From Polyangiales bacterium (GTDB lineage: Bacteria; Myxococcota_A; Polyangia; Polyangiales; Houyiibacteriaceae), in contig JBARTN010000303.1 of assembly GCA_049645265.1 (NCBI GenBank), positions 7,907 to 71,906 of the forward strand: a stretch of DNA of 64,000 bases, read 5' to 3'. A program made the position numbers and the translations under genes. This document shows, piece by piece, positions 57,255 through 64,000 of this stretch. The notes below the pieces were generated by a model that worked only from the letters and a program-made list of their open reading frames with translations, did not search any database and had not been told where the DNA came from. Within the stretch, counting starts at the first letter, position 1, and every line of letters starts with the position of its first letter.

Positions 57255-58171
57255 GGCGAGGGGTCGTCTCGGCGGTGCTGGTCGTCGCGATCAGCGCGCT
57301 TGCCGCCGTCGCCGGAGCGCAGCCGGTGTACACGCACGCCGTGCAAGATGGCGACACGCTCGCGTCGATCGCGCAGCGCTACTACGCAGACCCGACGCGT
57401 GAAGCGGTCTTGCGCGAGGCGAATCGGATGAAGGGGTCCGGGGGCAACGGCCTGGTGCCCGGGAGCTGGCTCTTCATTCCGATGGTCAGCTTCTATCGCG
57501 TGAGCAAGGACGAAACCTGGAAGTCGATCGCAACTCAGTTATACGGGCTGCCCGCGCGGTCGGCGACCTTGATCGAAGCCAACAATGGCAACAGGATTGT
57601 CGAGCCCGATGAAGGCGCCGAGCTTCTGATCCCCTACCCGCTCCGTCACGTGGTGGCGCCCGGCGAGACGCTCGCAAAGATCGCGAAGACCTACATGCCG
57701 GACAGCCCACTATCGGTCAAGCGCCTACGGAGATTCAACGCCGGCGCGCGGATCGAGCGTGGCGAGGTCGTGCTGGTTCCCTTGTTCGATCTCAGGCTGG
57801 CGGGCGAAGGAAAAACCCAAGCGTCGGCGGCGTTCATGCTCGCTGCGGGAGGCGGAGCCGCCAAAGCGGCACAGGATGAAGTCGAGAGCTCGCTACCGGA
57901 GCTCATCGAGCAGGTCGAGAAAGCCCAGTTTGCCGAAGCGGTTGCTCTCGGGAACCGGCTCCTCGGAACGCAGAGCCTCAGCTCGACGCAGGCGGTGACG
58001 ATCGAAAAAGAGCTCGCCGTGGCCTACGTCGCGCTCGAGCGAGCGGACCTCGCCGAAGCTTCCTTCCGCGCAGCGCTGGCCCTCCAGCCAAACCTCGAGC
58101 TCGACACGGTGCGCACTTCGCCCAGGGTCCTCGAGGCCTTCAATCGTGCCAAGCAGCCCGCGAAAGACTAG
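57251..58171 (+). CDS. Secreted protein with three LysM domains and a TPR-like C-terminus
   Basis: Signal peptide followed by three LysM-like units (HAVQDGDTLASIAQRYY; YRVSKDETWKSIATQLYG; HVVAPGETLAKIAKTY). An ATGA overlap joins it to the kinase gene. Confidence 0.8.
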   Translation: MRRGVVSAVLVVAISALAAVAGAQPVYTHAVQDGDTLASIAQRYYADPTREAVLREANRMKGSGGNGLVPGSWLFIPMVSFYRVSKDETWKSIATQLYGLPARSATLIEANNGNRIVEPDEGAELLIPYPLRHVVAPGETLAKIAKTYMPDSPLSVKRLRRFNAGARIERGEVVLVPLFDLRLAGEGKTQASAAFMLAAGGGAAKAAQDEVESSLPELIEQVEKAQFAEAVALGNRLLGTQSLSSTQAVTIEKELAVAYVALERADLAEASFRAALALQPNLELDTVRTSPRVLEAFNRAKQPAKD

Positions 58172-58177
58172 GCGAGG

Positions 58178-59179
58178 CTACTTCTTCTTTTTGATTTTCT
58201 TCGGCCGGTACTTTGCCGGGCGACTGTTCGCGGCCGTCGCCTGCGCAGCAGCATCCGCAGCTGATTCGAGCGCCCAGGGCGGGAGCTCGATGTCGCCCTT
58301 CTCCTCTGCGCGCTTCTTGAGGTGAATATACGCGATGATGCACAAGGGAATGAGTGCCAGCGAAATCAGTTGAGACGTCGAAAAACCAAAGGCAGAGCCG
58401 CGCTCGGGGTCGTCTCGTAGGTATTCGATGAGGAATCGCCAAAGGCCGTAGAGCCCGGCCACCGTGACGAGGACTTGGCCCCGAAACTTGCGGTGGGTGA
58501 GCAGCCAGGTGGCGAAGATGAACAAGAGCAGCCCCGCGAGCGATTCGTAGATCTGCGTTGGATGGACCGCGAGCGAGCTCACGCGCTCGACCATGAGGTC
58601 GGGATACTCTTGCAGGTGGTGCTGATACGCGGGCGAGCCATTGATCGTTTGGTCACAGGCAAACGCTGGGTACGCCCCGCTGTCCCATTTCGGAAAGGTG
58701 CCCGTGGATTGCAGCCAGCTCGGCGCACTGTCTTTGAGCGGGCGACCGTAGTCGCAGCCATAGAGGTAGCAGCCGACGCGTGTGAGCATGAGGCCCGAAG
58801 CGAGTGTAGGAACGGCGATGTCAGCGAAAGGGAGAAGCGGAATCTTTTTGAGTCGCCAAAACGTGAGCGCCGTGACGAAGCCGCCGAGAAAGCCGCCGTA
58901 CGCTACCAGGCCGCCCGAGCGAAGATCGAACCAGGACCCAAAGCTGTCGTAGGAGTCCAAGTTGGTGAGAATGTAGAGCAGGCGAGCGCCGGCGATGGCG
59001 CCGACGGCCGTCCAGGTGAAGCAGCTGGCGAGAAGCTCACGGTTGTAGCCCTCGACCTTCTTGCCCATGTACATGATGTAGTACCAGGCAAAGAGCAGGC
59101 TGCTTCCCAACATCACGCCATAGGAGTAGATCGGGATCGCGCCCCAGGGCGTCGGAATGCTGAACAAGACCGGATGCAT
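58178..59179 (-). CDS. lgt: Prolipoprotein diacylglyceryl transferase
   Basis: MHPVLFSIPTPWGAIPIYSYGVMLG..., GARLLYIL, GGLVAYGGFLGG and RVGCYLYGCDYG. It has an unusual Lys-rich C-terminal tail (YRPKKIKKKK). Confidence 0.9.
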   Translation of the reverse strand: MHPVLFSIPTPWGAIPIYSYGVMLGSSLLFAWYYIMYMGKKVEGYNRELLASCFTWTAVGAIAGARLLYILTNLDSYDSFGSWFDLRSGGLVAYGGFLGGFVTALTFWRLKKIPLLPFADIAVPTLASGLMLTRVGCYLYGCDYGRPLKDSAPSWLQSTGTFPKWDSGAYPAFACDQTINGSPAYQHHLQEYPDLMVERVSSLAVHPTQIYESLAGLLLFIFATWLLTHRKFRGQVLVTVAGLYGLWRFLIEYLRDDPERGSAFGFSTSQLISLALIPLCIIAYIHLKKRAEEKGDIELPPWALESAADAAAQATAANSRPAKYRPKKIKKKK

Positions 59180-59233
59180 TGGGCGGGAATCTCGCCGGGT
59201 TCGCCTCGGGGGTCAAGTGGCTTTGGTGAGGCG

Positions 59234-59524
59234 ATGAGCGAGCTACGCATTCGGGAACAGGGTGGTGCGGTCGTCTTCGAGGTGCGGGTTCTGCCGCGTG
59301 CGAGTCGCAGTCGTGTGATCGGGGTGCAAGATGGCGCTCTCAAAGTTGCGCTGACCGCGCCGCCGGTCGATGGCGCGGCAAACGAAGCCCTCCGGAAGCT
59401 TCTCGCCAAAACGCTTGGCGTCTCCAAATCAGACGTCGAGATCGTGCGTGGCGACCGCGCGCGAATCAAGGTGCTGCGCGTTGATGGCATCCGCGCTGCC
59501 GACGTTCACTTCGACCCGGGCTAG
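59234..59524 (+). CDS. DUF167 (YggU-like) protein
   Basis: From the ATG at 59234 the product reads MSELRIREQGGAVVFEVRVLPRASRSRVIGVQDGALKVALTAPPVDGAANEAL..., the YggU signature. The upstream part of ORF 58475-59524 is antisense to lgt. Confidence 0.8.
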   Translation: MSELRIREQGGAVVFEVRVLPRASRSRVIGVQDGALKVALTAPPVDGAANEALRKLLAKTLGVSKSDVEIVRGDRARIKVLRVDGIRAADVHFDPG

Positions 59525-59961
59525 TTGACGATCACGCGGCGAAGGATCCACTGATCGTTTTCGCGGCGGAGATCGAAGATCGTATTGGCCAGGCCCGCGT
59601 CCGTACGAAGCCGGAGTGCGATCCGGGCGCGCTCGCCGTCGAGCGAAATGCTTTCCTGAATCAGGTGAAGCCTCGAGCCTTCGAGAGACGCGAGCGCTTT
59701 GCGCGCATCGGGCTTGAGCGCCGCCGCGTTACGGTTGCTATAGCGCCGCCTGTGTCCGTCGTGCACGAGCTCCATCGTGACCTTCGACGGGTCGGCGTAG
59801 CGGAGCGCGTTGTCAATGCGGGATTCGGACACCTGCCCCGTCACCGAGTCGATGAACTCATCCATTCGCTCGCGGTCGGTGACCACGATGGCGTCAGTGA
59901 CCAGCGCAGCCCCGACCACGATCGATAGGATGACAAGGAGATAGATACCCGTCCGTCTCAT
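59521..59961 (-). CDS. Hypothetical membrane-anchored protein
   Basis: From MRRTGIYLLVILSIVVGAAL there is one N-terminal TM helix and a ~120-aa soluble domain. It is the last gene of the pspA-like operon direction. Confidence 0.5.
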   Translation of the reverse strand: MRRTGIYLLVILSIVVGAALVTDAIVVTDRERMDEFIDSVTGQVSESRIDNALRYADPSKVTMELVHDGHRRRYSNRNAAALKPDARKALASLEGSRLHLIQESISLDGERARIALRLRTDAGLANTIFDLRRENDQWILRRVIVN

Positions 59962-60058
59962 GACGTCTCTGGGCAATGCATGCCTCGTGCCAGCCCATCC
60001 GGTGCCCATTTACTCATTGATTTCGGTCAAAGAGCGACCGTTTTCCCGTCTTTGAATG

Positions 60059-61315
60059 TCATTGTGACAGGCTGGGCGAAGCGGCTTGGGACACATTGGC
60101 AGCTGGCGCGGCGTGACGAACCGCGCGTGCTCGGCGCTCCAGCCAGGCGGTCAGGCCGACCAGCGCGGAGCCGAAACCCGCGAGCGCGAGCCAACCACTG
60201 GGCTGGAACACCTCGATGGCGTGAACGACTTCGATGACGAAGCCAAAGCTGGCGAGTGCGATTCCAGAGTAGAGCGAAGGGCGACGACCCGTGACGAAAC
60301 CGTAGCTCGAGATGCCGAGACCCAGGGCGATGGCTTGGAGGGCCGCCCAGGGCCGTGGATCGACGAGCAGGGTGGTCATTGCGGTGGTCGCATTGAGAGC
60401 GACCGCCGCTCGAAGGAAGAACTCTTTGCTGTGAGAGCTCTTCCAGGCGAAGGCAAGCAGCGGGATCGACGACAGGAGACCATAGGCCAGCCACACGCTC
60501 GAGGCGGCTAGCGTTGGCCACCAGGGGCCCGTAGCGTCGACGAACGCAGCGGCCGAAAGGAGGGTCGGCACAATCGCAAATCGCTCGACGGTGGCGTCCC
60601 CGCTCTTCTTTCCAAGTGTGAAGAGAGCCAATGCGCCGGTTCCGAGAATAGCTCCCCAGAATGCGCTCGAGACGTCATAGAAGAGGAGTTGGCGCGCGGC
60701 GATGACCGCGGCCGGCGCTGCGAGGGAGGCGACCGCAAGCCGTGACTCCAGGGTCTGTGGCTTGAGACGGGCCGCACACGTGGCGGTTAATCCGAGAATG
60801 GGAACGACGGTCAGGGTCGCTGCAAGGGAGCTCCGATCGGGGACCAGCAAGAGCGCGTGACTTGCGACGCTAGCCGCTGTCAGCAGGCGCGCATGCGGTC
60901 GCGAGAGCACTCGAAAGGCCGCCCACATCAAAGGAATCAGAGCGAGTCCGGCGCTCGCAACGAGCAAGAGTGCCGCCGCAGGGCTGGGCGCGACCCATTG
61001 AGCCACCGGCCCGAGGCTCCCCGTTCCCGTTCCAAACTGCGACAAGACGAACCCGCCAAGTACGCCCGCATGAATCGGGATCAGCGCGAGCAGAGTCAGC
61101 ATCAGCACGCGCGCGCTCCGGCCCTCCTGCAAGCGGATGCCGCAGACATAGGCCAGGGCGGGGAGCAGCGCGGTGATTCCGAGCAACGTCAGATAGCGGG
61201 GCACATCCCCGACCTGATCCCAGCTCTGAACGAGGAACGTGCCCGCAGCAGCCACGATCATGGCGGCGCCGCACCAGCGTAGCGTTTGAAAGAGTTGTTG
61301 AAGTCTGGTTTCCAT
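60059..61315 (-). CDS. Hypothetical polytopic membrane protein (about 12 TM helices)
   Basis: 418-aa ORF that is hydrophobic and Ala/Leu-rich with regularly spaced helices. It lies 8 nt downstream of the pspA-like gene. No family recognised. Confidence 0.65.
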   Translation of the reverse strand: METRLQQLFQTLRWCGAAMIVAAAGTFLVQSWDQVGDVPRYLTLLGITALLPALAYVCGIRLQEGRSARVLMLTLLALIPIHAGVLGGFVLSQFGTGTGSLGPVAQWVAPSPAAALLLVASAGLALIPLMWAAFRVLSRPHARLLTAASVASHALLLVPDRSSLAATLTVVPILGLTATCAARLKPQTLESRLAVASLAAPAAVIAARQLLFYDVSSAFWGAILGTGALALFTLGKKSGDATVERFAIVPTLLSAAAFVDATGPWWPTLAASSVWLAYGLLSSIPLLAFAWKSSHSKEFFLRAAVALNATTAMTTLLVDPRPWAALQAIALGLGISSYGFVTGRRPSLYSGIALASFGFVIEVVHAIEVFQPSGWLALAGFGSALVGLTAWLERRARAVRHAAPAANVSQAASPSLSQ

Positions 61316-61323
61316 CTAGCCTC

Positions 61324-61959
61324 CTAGGATTCTTCTGCGCGTAGCGCTTCGAGCTCGAGCCGAAGATCCGCGCTTTCGTCGACCGCTTCGAGCTCGGCTT
61401 CGAACGCATCGAGTGGTTCAGCGCATTGCGATGCGATTTCGATCTCCCCGACTCGCGTCTCCCACCGATCGAAGACCTCTTCGAGGTCGCCGATCGGTCC
61501 GGTCGCGCTTGCCATTCCATTTGCGGCCTCCGCCCGCGACTGGCGCGTGCGCATCAAGTTCTTGCGTTCGGTGAGCTCGCGCAAACGAGCGTTCAGCATC
61601 CGGATGCCCTCGCTCAGCTCTTTGTGCGATCGCTCGTGTTCGGCCAGACGCTGGCGTAACGGTTGCAGCCGCCGCTCCGACGCTTTGAATCGGCGCATGC
61701 ATTCGAGGGCGACCCCTTCGTCGTCGGTCGACTTCGCCCGCCGGCGCCAGACTTCGATCGCGCGCTCTTCCTGAGCGAGGCTGTCCCTCAGGGATTGTTG
61801 GTCGCGCTCGACCCGCTTGAGCTGGACGCGTGCTCGCGCGGTGGATTGGCGAACCCGGCCGATCGCCGCACCGACGGCCGCTTCGTGGTTTTCGACCTGA
61901 GCCAGCACCCCATCCACCCAGCTCGTCACGCTCATGGTCCATCGCTTCATTCGATTCAT
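61324..61959 (-). CDS. pspA: PspA/IM30-family protein
   Basis: 211-aa coiled-coil protein. WVDGVLAQVENHEAAVGAAIGRVRQSTARARVQLKRVERDQQSL... is typical of PspA/IM30. AGGAGG lies 5 nt upstream of the ATG, and a sigma-54 promoter lies upstream. Confidence 0.6.
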   Translation of the reverse strand: MNRMKRWTMSVTSWVDGVLAQVENHEAAVGAAIGRVRQSTARARVQLKRVERDQQSLRDSLAQEERAIEVWRRRAKSTDDEGVALECMRRFKASERRLQPLRQRLAEHERSHKELSEGIRMLNARLRELTERKNLMRTRQSRAEAANGMASATGPIGDLEEVFDRWETRVGEIEIASQCAEPLDAFEAELEAVDESADLRLELEALRAEES

Positions 61960-61981
61960 CGAAACCTCCTATGCCCGATAG

Positions 61982-61997
61982 AGCAGGGAGCGTGCCA
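61982..61997 (-). promoter_or_regulatory. Sigma-54 (-24/-12) promoter of the pspA-like gene
   Basis: The minus strand reads TGGCACGCTCCCTGCT. TGGCACG-N4-CTGCT has the exact GG-N10-GC spacing of the consensus TGGCACG-N4-TTGCW. It sits about 25-38 nt upstream of the ATG at 61959. Confidence 0.7.
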
Positions 61998-62038
61998 GGC
62001 CCAATAGCCCGGAAATCATTGGGGAAATTCGTTCTGGG

Positions 62039-63604
62039 ATGCAGCTCATGTACATAAAATGCACATCTTGTGTACACTACTTGTACATGCTCGATTCAGA
62101 GACCGCCGCTCGGCTCGAAGCCATCGGGAAGCTCGGATTCACAAATCCCTTCGGGCCAGAACGGCCCATGCTCGAGGCGATCATCGTGGGCGAGCAGGTG
62201 GCGCGCTCCTCGCCGTGGAGCCGCTCCTTGGACTGGCCCCTCGGAGATCCGGCGCTCCCTGCGATTCAAGAAGAAGCCGAACGGCAAATGGCGGCTGCGC
62301 AGACCGGCTTCGAGCGCGGCGAGGGATACAGCGAGCAAGACCGCGACCTCATCCGCGGCACCGCCCTATACGTGCTCTACTATCGCTACGACTCCGAGCT
62401 GTACGAATCGATCATCGCCGAGGCCGCCGCGGAGACGGTGGCTTTCTACGACGCGTTTCAAAAGGATTTCAGCGCGCTGTTTCGGCATGTCGGTCCGCCC
62501 CCTTGGGCGAGCGACCCTGCCGACCTCTTCGCGCTCTTCTTTCAGACGCGGCGCGCCTTTCATTTCGTCTTTCATCAAATCCTCGGCAACTCGATCGCCG
62601 CCGCAAAGTTGCGCGCGAGCGTCTGGGAGTCCTTGTTTACGCACGACCCCTGGCGCTATCTGCACCATCTCCAAGGTCGAATGCACGAAGCGAGCACCTT
62701 GATTCTGGGCCCATCGGGAACCGGCAAGGAGCTCGTCGCAAGCGCGATCGGCCTCTCCTCGTTCATTCCATTCGACGGAGATCGCCGGCGCTTCGCTCGT
62801 GATTTCCGGACGGCATTTCATCCCCTGCATCTGGCCGCGATGTCCAATACGCTCATCGAATCCGAGCTCTTTGGTCACAAGAAGGGTGCATTCACAGGCG
62901 CAATCGCCGACCGCATGGGCCATCTGGAGGGCCGTACGGCGAGCGAGACCATTTTCATGGACGAGATCGGTGAGCTCGATCCGGAAGTCCAAGTGAAGCT
63001 TCTGAGGGTGCTTCAGTCGCGGACGTTTCACCGATTGGGGGACAGCGAACCAAGAAGCTTTGGAGGCAAAGTCGTAGCGGCGACGAATCGGGACCTACCA
63101 CGAGAAATGGAAGCCGGGCGTTTTCGTGAGGACCTCTATTATCGCCTCTGCTCGGACGTCATTCGGACCCCTTCGCTGAAAGAACAACTTGCTGGCGATC
63201 GTGACGAGCTTGCCCATCTCGTCGAGGTGTTGATTCAGCGCACCCTCGGCGCCGCCGATCGCGCGAGCTTCGAAGAGATCATGTCTGGAATCGACCGGAG
63301 CGTCGGCTTCGACTACCCATGGCCCGGCAACATGCGGGAGCTCGAGCAGTGCGTCCGCAACCTCTTGATACACGGCCGCTACGTTCCCGCGACGGCGGCT
63401 CCGGCACGCGGGGCCCTCGACGCGCTCATCGAGCAAATGCAAAACGCAAACGCCACCCTCGACCAGGTCATCTCCACCTACAGCACCTGGGTCTACCAAC
63501 GAGAAGGCAACTACACCCGAGCCGGCCAAATCCTCGGGGTCGACCGCCGCACCGTAGCCAAACACACAGGGGACACCCTCCACCCCCCCAAGCACCCGAA
63601 ATAA
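62039..63604 (+). CDS. Sigma-54-dependent transcriptional activator (bEBP) with a non-receiver N-terminal domain
   Basis: AAA+ core with Walker A GPSGTGKE, the GAFTGA loop (ESELFGHKKGAFTGA), and Walker B IFMDEIGEL. The C-terminus has a Fis-type HTH (RAGQILGVDRRTVAKH). In-frame ATGs lie at 62039, 62048 and 62087, and 62087 (MLDSETAARL) is the more likely start. Confidence 0.9.
   Translation: MQLMYIKCTSCVHYLYMLDSETAARLEAIGKLGFTNPFGPERPMLEAIIVGEQVARSSPWSRSLDWPLGDPALPAIQEEAERQMAAAQTGFERGEGYSEQDRDLIRGTALYVLYYRYDSELYESIIAEAAAETVAFYDAFQKDFSALFRHVGPPPWASDPADLFALFFQTRRAFHFVFHQILGNSIAAAKLRASVWESLFTHDPWRYLHHLQGRMHEASTLILGPSGTGKELVASAIGLSSFIPFDGDRRRFARDFRTAFHPLHLAAMSNTLIESELFGHKKGAFTGAIADRMGHLEGRTASETIFMDEIGELDPEVQVKLLRVLQSRTFHRLGDSEPRSFGGKVVAATNRDLPREMEAGRFREDLYYRLCSDVIRTPSLKEQLAGDRDELAHLVEVLIQRTLGAADRASFEEIMSGIDRSVGFDYPWPGNMRELEQCVRNLLIHGRYVPATAAPARGALDALIEQMQNANATLDQVISTYSTWVYQREGNYTRAGQILGVDRRTVAKHTGDTLHPPKHPK
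62049..62087. promoter_or_regulatory. Four phased TG(T/C)ACA hexamers (candidate enhancer/UAS for the sigma-54 activator)
   Basis: TGTACA at 62049, TGCACA at 62060, TGTACA at 62071 and TGTACA at 62082 have exact 11-bp periodicity in an AT-rich patch. They lie about 77-115 bp upstream of the predicted pspA-like transcription start. Confidence 0.55.
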
Positions 63605-63698
63605 CAAGCATCGTGATGTGCCGCTGCGATCTTTCTCCCAAAATCCATCCCATATCGGGTATTTAGAACCCCGGAGAGTGTCCCCTTCTGTTGCGACG

Positions 63699-64000
63699 GT
63701 GCGGTTGTTTACGCCTGCGGGTTGGGTGATTGGAACGTTGCATGTTCCTGCCGGGATGGGCTTGTTGCCGTTTTTGAATGGCGATGAGGCGTTCTTCCGG
63801 ATGACGAACGTCAGCATGTCCGCGCAACCCGAGACGATTCCGTTTCTGGCGTTGCAGCGTAAGGCGGTCTTGATCGTCGTGCCCGGCGAAGACGCCATGC
63901 TCGGCCTCGACGCAGACGATGGCCGCGCGCGTCATGAAGTGGCTTGCTTATTTTCCGGCGGCCTGGTGATGGGAACCCTCTCGTTGCCAACAGGCGTGCG
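63699..64000 (+). CDS. Hypothetical protein, N-terminal part (runs off the right edge); start uncertain
   Basis: Manual translation shows an open frame to the window end (...GWVIGTLHVPAGMGLLPFLNGDEAFFRMTNVSMSAQPETIPFLALQRKAVLIVVPGEDAMLGLDADDGRARHEVACLFSGGLVMGTLSLPTGV). Third-position GC is typical of coding sequence here. Candidate starts are the GTGs at 63618, 63678 and 63699. Confidence 0.35.
   Translation, partial: MRLFTPAGWVIGTLHVPAGMGLLPFLNGDEAFFRMTNVSMSAQPETIPFLALQRKAVLIVVPGEDAMLGLDADDGRARHEVACLFSGGLVMGTLSLPTGV

Noticed and set aside
58475-59233. N-terminal 253 codons of the 349-aa plus-strand ORF 58475-59524
   Set aside because: This part is antisense to lgt. Only the last 97 codons (from the ATG at 59234) match the DUF167/YggU family.

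Overview
The window is visibly GC-rich (GC not computed) and gene-dense, and it covers the replication-origin neighbourhood: recF (partial), dnaN and dnaA on the minus strand, with DnaA-box clusters on both sides of dnaA. The gene content suggests Myxococcota or a related deltaproteobacterium. Supporting content includes a PEGA-domain Ser/Thr kinase, DUF2723, a sigma-54 enhancer-binding protein, PSCyt1-like modules and a TonB_C/CarboxypepD_reg/TonB-dependent-receptor fusion. This taxonomic guess is an inference.

I can support about 60 coding genes.
- **Housekeeping:** clpB, aspS, rimO, rpsU, rpsD, ychF, lgt, pfp, cls.
- **Efflux:** an RND/MFP pair.
- **Phosphate:** a 10.5-kb island holding pit-DUF47, phoB-phoR-porin and phoU-pstBACS, with Pho-box-like 11-bp direct repeats.
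- **Cyclic nucleotide:** a Crp-like regulator with a class-II phosphodiesterase-like gene, followed by a 6S-RNA-like hairpin.
- **Envelope stress:** a sigma-54-driven PspA-like module with an explicit -24/-12 promoter and four TG(T/C)ACA hexamers spaced exactly 11 bp apart.

The most unusual locus is 33.8-40.1 kb. It holds two tandem paralogous lipoproteins that fuse a PSCyt1-like CX4CH module to a peptidylglycine/dopamine-beta-monooxygenase-type (HH/H/HxH/M) two-copper core. It also holds a YceI-like protein, an orphan 31-codon lipoprotein ORF, and a third monooxygenase-like paralog whose lipoprotein signal peptide lies in a different reading frame. A divergent ABA4-like (DUF4281) membrane protein sits upstream.

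I recognised no rRNA, tRNA, CRISPR array, transposase, integrase or prophage genes. All family assignments rest on motif recognition by eye and on reference sequences recalled from memory. No searches or computations were run. Start codons are often ambiguous, because long shadow ORFs are abundant in GC-rich DNA.
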